DNA of 64,000 nt from Octopus vulgaris (Eukaryota): assembly GCA_951406725.2 (NCBI GenBank), contig OX597819.1, positions 102,052,001 to 102,116,000 of the forward strand. The letters run 5' to 3'. The position numbers and the translations under genes were made by a program. This document shows positions 58,187 to 64,000 of this stretch, one piece after another; position 1 is the first letter of the stretch; each line of letters begins with the position of its first letter. Below the pieces are notes generated by a model that made no database searches, was not told the DNA's origin, and saw nothing but the letters and a program-made list of their open reading frames with translations.

Positions 58187-58673
58187 TCCGTCTGTTCGGA
58201 GATGTAGCGAATAGAGATAGAAGAAAACCAAAAACAAGGTAAAACGTTGCTTAGCGTATATGAGTATGCATGTATATTTGAAAAATATTAACGTGTATGT
58301 GTTATACAATATGTATCTAGGTGTATATGCATGTTCTACTGTTTACTGGCTAATGTGTAGTCACGTGTAGATGTCCGTATGTGCGGATGTATGTAAGCAT
58401 GTGCATATTGTAGGATTGAGCATTAGTTTAAAATTGCTGTCAGACTATGCAACTTTGGGACTTATGCACATGTGTTGTCGAATGCACATGCATTTCTCTA
58501 TAATACTGTTAATGGATTTATGCATGTGTTTGTGACGCTGTGTATGCGTGTGTGTGTGTGTGTGTGTATGAGAGAGAGAGAGAGAGAGTGTGTGTGTGAC
58601 TGTGTTCATGAGCGTGTCAATACGAGGCGAAGTTAGAGAGAAAGGAAATAAAATGGGGAAACAAAGAGAAGAG

Positions 58674-58710
<37 letters not shown>

Positions 58711-59029
58711 CGAGCTTTAGAGAGAGATTATGTAGTCAACGAAGGTCAGCTTAAAAAAATATCAAATTTGAAGAAAAAGAAAAGAGAAAACCATACGAAG
58801 CTAAACAGAAGATAGAGAGTAACACCACGAAAAGAAAATGGCGTAAATAGAAAGAAAGATGGTCACGTGACGAAGTGTGTAAGGCTCCCCAAGGCAGATG
58901 ACGGGGACTATGATCTTGATGTTGGTAATGATGCTGCTTATGCTGAATCTGCTGTTGATAATGACGGATGATAATGGCAGTGATAGTGATTGTAGTTATT
59001 AATGGAGATGAAGACATCGATGCTGATGG

Positions 59030-59137
59030 CGAAGAAGAAGAAGGAAAAAGAAGAAGAAGAAGAAGAAGAAGAAGAAGAAGAAGAAGAAGAAGAAGAAGAA
59101 GAAGAAGAAGAAGAAGAAGAAGAAGAAGAAGAAGAAG
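59030..59137 (+). repeat. (GAA)n trinucleotide tract (~30 units)
   Basis: Direct reading. Confidence 0.97.
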
Positions 59138-59869
59138 GTGGTGGTGGTCGTCGTCGTCGTCGTCGACGTGGTTGGGCAATGACAAAACGGAAGTCAATAA
59201 AGACACTGGTGATGGAACTCTTTTACATAGGAAGATGAAAATAAGAAGCGGTGGATTTAAAATGATAAATTGTGAAAAATAGAGTTGGAAAATGGGTGGA
59301 TGCGGATATACTTCGAAATATAGTTAGTCAGGAGATGAACGGATTGAGAAAGAACAAGTAAAAGGCTAAGGTAAAGTAATGTACATACAAACACACATAT
59401 ATATATATACATACACGTATGTATATATATTCATGTATGTATGCATGTGTGTTTATATATATATATATACCCGTGGGTGTGCGCATAAATTATATGTTAT
59501 ATATACATAGATATATGTTCTATATTCTATGCACGCATAGACACATATGTATACATACATACAAACTTACAGGCATACATACATGTACATACTCAGATGT
59601 CCTGGAGACTGAGTCTTACAGCGTAAAGAAAACAGTGTAAGAAGTTAGATGGGAGAAGACGAAATAAACGCAAAGTGTGAAAGGAAGAAACAGGGGCGAG
59701 AAAAAGAAAGAGTGATAGAACAAAAGAAACGAGAGAGAGAGAGAGAGAGAGAGAGGGGAGAGGGAGAGAGAGGGGGGAGAGGGAGAGAGAGTTGGAGATA
59801 GAGACAGGGGCGGTTGATATAATCCCGGAAGACGATAGTATCAAGGAAAGAAAATAAAGCAAAATGAAT

Positions 59870-59954
59870 ATGTCAAAGGTCATAACATCTGGAGGTCAAC
59901 TGATTGTTGTCATTGCATGTCTGATCTGTTGGGTCAGGAGAGGTCCAGAGGTCA
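59870..59954 (+). promoter_or_regulatory. Candidate nuclear-receptor response element cluster
   Basis: Four exact RGGTCA half-sites (59877, 59893, 59931, 59949) plus ATGTCA and AGGTCC, all in the same orientation within 85 bp. Confidence 0.45.
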
Positions 59955-60369
59955 TGGAGAGAAAGCTCAGTAAGGCGAAAGGATCTCTTTGGACACGGGT
60001 GTCTGTCTATGCGCGCGCTCGTTTGTGTGATTATTTGCCTACGATCCATTTACCAATATCACTATATGACTTGTATGACATGATAGTGCTTACGAAGTGT
60101 GCGAGATTATGTAGCACCAAATTCATATATACGCTGATGTGTGTGTATGTGTGTATGTATGTGTATTTTGTGTGTATGTGTGCAATGCAAGTAATTCATA
60201 CGAACACAATGAATATGATATGGCTTGGTTAGAAATTAAATAGCGAACATTATTTATAACATCTGCATTTATTAGTATATTCATAACATTTTGACTTTGT
60301 TACTAAGAAACTCAATAATGTTGTTGAAATATACCAATAAAATACACTCACACACGTACATACATATAC

Positions 60370-60414
<45 letters not shown>

Positions 60415-60449
60415 CATACATATGTACATACACACCTATATACACACAC

Positions 60450-60504
<55 letters not shown>

Positions 60505-61134
60505 TATACAAGCGCATACATTGTATAAATACACCCATACATACTTCTTATATTTGGCTATCAAATCTCATCATATCTATCTATATAGGCGTAGATAAAT
60601 ACATAGATATATGCATACAATTTTACGCACACACACACATATTTACTTTCGGAAGCACAATATTTTCGGGGTGAGAGGAAAGAATTAGACGAAAGGCAGA
60701 AAATGTTGGCGCAAGTTTTCGTAGTCTAGTCGCCATAGTCCCCGCTGAAAACAGCTCCCTCAGGCAGCATGCGTGTTTTGTTGTAGTTTACGGTTTGAAA
60801 AAGAGACGTTGACAGGAGGAAGTGAAGACAATATTATTAATATGTGCCACACCCTAGCAGATTTGATGGAATCAAAATATCGTATGATGGGGCAGAAAGA
60901 GGGCTGGACACAACAGAAGAATGTTTACGGACGACGACGGATGCTAAGAGAATGAGTGATTAAAAAATAATATGGATTTGTGTGGTGAGTGGACGACGCG
61001 GGAAGTGTTCAGAAGGAGGTGACGGCGGAGAGGAAGGAGTAGGAGGGGGACAGAAGATGGGGATGTAGGGAGAAGGGAGAGAAGAGAGGAAGGGATAAGG
61101 AGGGCTCACGATAAAAAGAAGTGGTACTACAGAG

Positions 61135-61173
<39 letters not shown>

Positions 61174-61334
61174 CAGACACAGACAGAAAGGACAAGAGAG
61201 ATTTTATGATAAAGTGATTCAGGATATTGGGATGACGAAGTGCGTGTATGCGTATCTGTACGTATATACACCACGTATCATACGCACACGCGCGCACACC
61301 TACACCCATATATACATATATGAAAATATACATA

Positions 61335-61374
<40 letters not shown>

Positions 61375-61689
61375 GAGAGAGAGATAGAGAAGGAGAGAGA
61401 GAGAGAGATTTGTGAGAGAATGATCAATAAAATAAGAGATAAAAAATGAAGCTGCAAGAAATTGTAAAGAATGAGGAGGCACAGCTTAATATCCCAACCA
61501 GAAAAAAAAAAAAACAGGAACAGCAGCAACAACAACAACAACAACAATAATAATGATGATGATGATGATGATGATAATAATAATAATAATAATAATAATA
61601 ATATAAAGCCGAACGTAAGGACAATGGAAGGTGGACAAAGAAGGTGGAGAAAGAAAATAGCGTTGTCTATTAATATTAGTCTCGCCGGA

Positions 61690-61912
61690 GAAAATACTTG
61701 GCAGCATTTTGTCCGTCTTCTTGTTCTGAGTTAAAATTCTGCCGAGGTTGTCTTTGGTGTTCATCTTTTTGGGGTTAATAAAAGAAATGCCAGTCAATAA
61801 AATAATTACCAGTGCTAGAATCGATGTAATTGACTTCGCCACCCCCATCTCACCTCAACCCAACTCAATCTACCCTAAAAACCATTGGCTCTGTGCCAGA
61901 ATTTGAAACCAA
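61690..61912 (+). mobile_element. SINE family B, degenerate
   Basis: GTTCTGAGTTAAAATTCTGCCGAGGTTG...ATCGATGTAATTGACT...TGTGCCAGAATTTGAAACC. Confidence 0.75.
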
Positions 61913-62762
61913 TATTCTAGGCTGGAGTGATTAGCCCGTATGTCAGTCATCATCAGACTAACCTCTAAGTAAATGCATACATTCAATTTTGTTTGTTTTA
62001 ATTCTGTTAGACTGTTTTTAATCACTATGTCCTTCGCATTTTAGGATATACTCAGTAAGTTTGAGAGAATTCTGTTGCTCTTTCTGTATAAGGTCGAGCA
62101 ACAAGAGAGAAGGTTGTGATGTTATTGTTTAGCCCCAGGGACTGCTATGATCGAGCAGTCATACGAAGAAAGCTGCGACCATCTTCTGCCCTTTTGTATA
62201 GCCTAAGAACCCGGGAGCACCAACTAACTATATCATCCAGCGTGTTTTGTTTCATGATGGTGAAAGATGGAGTGAAAGGAGGGCTATTTGCCTGTTATTT
62301 CTAGACGATCAAGCTACAACGTGGTGACACTGTCTCATTGACAATTGTTTTTGCTGTTAGACAAAGAGAAAAATAATAATAAATTCAGAGGAAAGAGAAA
62401 AAGAAAGGTTTGTTGATGATAACAGAGTAAACATCAAATATGACCGCCGTGCTAGACAGGGATGATGGCGATATGGAGAAATATAATATAAAATCTCTTC
62501 TTGATGGACGTGTTCCGTCTGGTTTGTTCCATAGCCATCCTCTCACTTCGTTGTTTGGGGGTTGAAGGTGGGGTTCAAGGTGTAGTGGTGAAGTGGTTCC
62601 CAAGTAAAGTGGACGATGAAGGGAACTGGGGAATGGCTTGACAGAGGCAGTAATCGGAATCAGAGTGGTGAACAGAGAAAGAAAAAAAAAATTGTTGAAG
62701 TGAATAAAGGTGTATGTTAGTATATATGAGCCTCTCTCTCTCTCTTTCTCTCTCTCTCTATC

Positions 62763-62801
<39 letters not shown>

Positions 62802-62823
62802 CTGAACGTATATGTGTGTGCGT

Positions 62824-62875
<52 letters not shown>

Positions 62876-64000
62876 CGCACACACATATACGTTCAGACGC
62901 ATAAATATATAAGCTATGTTTGTATTTATGTATACACACACAAACATGCAAATATAAATAAAGAGTGAGAGGAAGAGAGAGGTTGGGGAGAGAGAAAAAG
63001 AGGAAGAGAGAATCTGCCATGGCTGGCAATGTTTAGAGATATAATATGATTGTCAGAGAAAATTTCGAGTAATTAGTAGAAAAAGATGCTATCGAGGTTG
63101 GTGGATGTGGAGGTGCGATGTAATGCTGGATGTGGAACAGCTTAGTGTGAGGTTCGGCAGGGGCGTTGAGATAGGGAGGGGAAAAACCAGCAGGGTGTAC
63201 GGGACTGGGAAAACAAGGGGTGAGTGGTGATTCACGTCAAACCATGTTAAAATCTCTTGGGAGAGCAGTTTCTCAATGTTTGACAAGCTCTTGACACTCT
63301 TAGTCCAAGGTCGGGACTTTTCGATCTTGTGTGTAAGTGTGTGTGTGTGTATATTTAATATGTGTGTACATGTGTATGAATTTATGTATGTATCTATATG
63401 GTATATGTGTGTGTTTGTTTGTGTATGTGTGTCGCTCTGTGTATGAGCCGTATTTGCTGACTACATGTGTAAAATTTCGCTCCTATGAATGAACGATATG
63501 GCGCGCGCGAGTGTTATATATTGATAAATTAATACATATATGAAATATAAGATATATTTTAATGCGTGTGTATGTGCGAGTGCGTGCACGTCTGTCTATG
63601 TATATGAGTGTATATATGACATTGTAATATATGTAGGTGTGGGGCGTTATTTGTTATTCTGATAGGGAAGAGAGAGAGAGAGTGTGTAGAATGTGGGTAG
63701 TAAAGGAGTAGTAACGCAATGGATATATTATAGATAGATCTGAAAAATATTGGAGTAGGTGACTGGGTGAATAATCTTAATGCCCTAGGCCAGCCAGGTT
63801 CGAACATCTCAAACGGTCAAAAGACATTCCAGACACGACTATCTCGTCGCTACTTTCCCCATGCGAAGTGAAACTAGAGTCACTTTATGCATGTGGGATG
63901 TTCTAAGACACTGTTTGTGATTTGTGGAAGAATTGTCAACTACTTCCAGCAGGACGAGTGTCAATGTGGAGGTGCCTACAGTGAGGAGAGCGGGGGAAAT

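Overview
AT-rich, microsatellite-saturated eukaryotic DNA. The SINE repertoire and repeat landscape point to an Octopus genome (inference from recognised repeat consensus, not a database search). One protein-coding gene is supported: a spalt/SALL-like zinc-finger transcription factor on the minus strand. Two exons are visible: a 2049-nt exon (49471-47423) and a 117-nt exon (1966-1850) encoding the first C2H2 finger, separated by a ~45.5-kb intron. The large exon encodes the N-terminal C2HC finger, the NVIIE..T.AAVAQFA motif, a glutamine-depleted 'Q-rich' helix and many homopolymer runs. The canonical first exon and the downstream exons were not found in the window. Nearly all other ORFs in the track are microsatellite artefacts. 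The introns hold about 20 tRNA-derived SINEs of two families, Penelope-like relics with non-canonical minimal hammerhead motifs, an RTE fragment flanked by a ~150-bp direct duplication, a 620-bp foldback and several candidate enhancers, including a nuclear-receptor half-site cluster. The best leads are the diverged SALL finger and Q-domain, a possible in-frame stop-free circRNA of the large exon, and the intronic hammerhead-like motifs. No wholly new system can be asserted from sequence alone.
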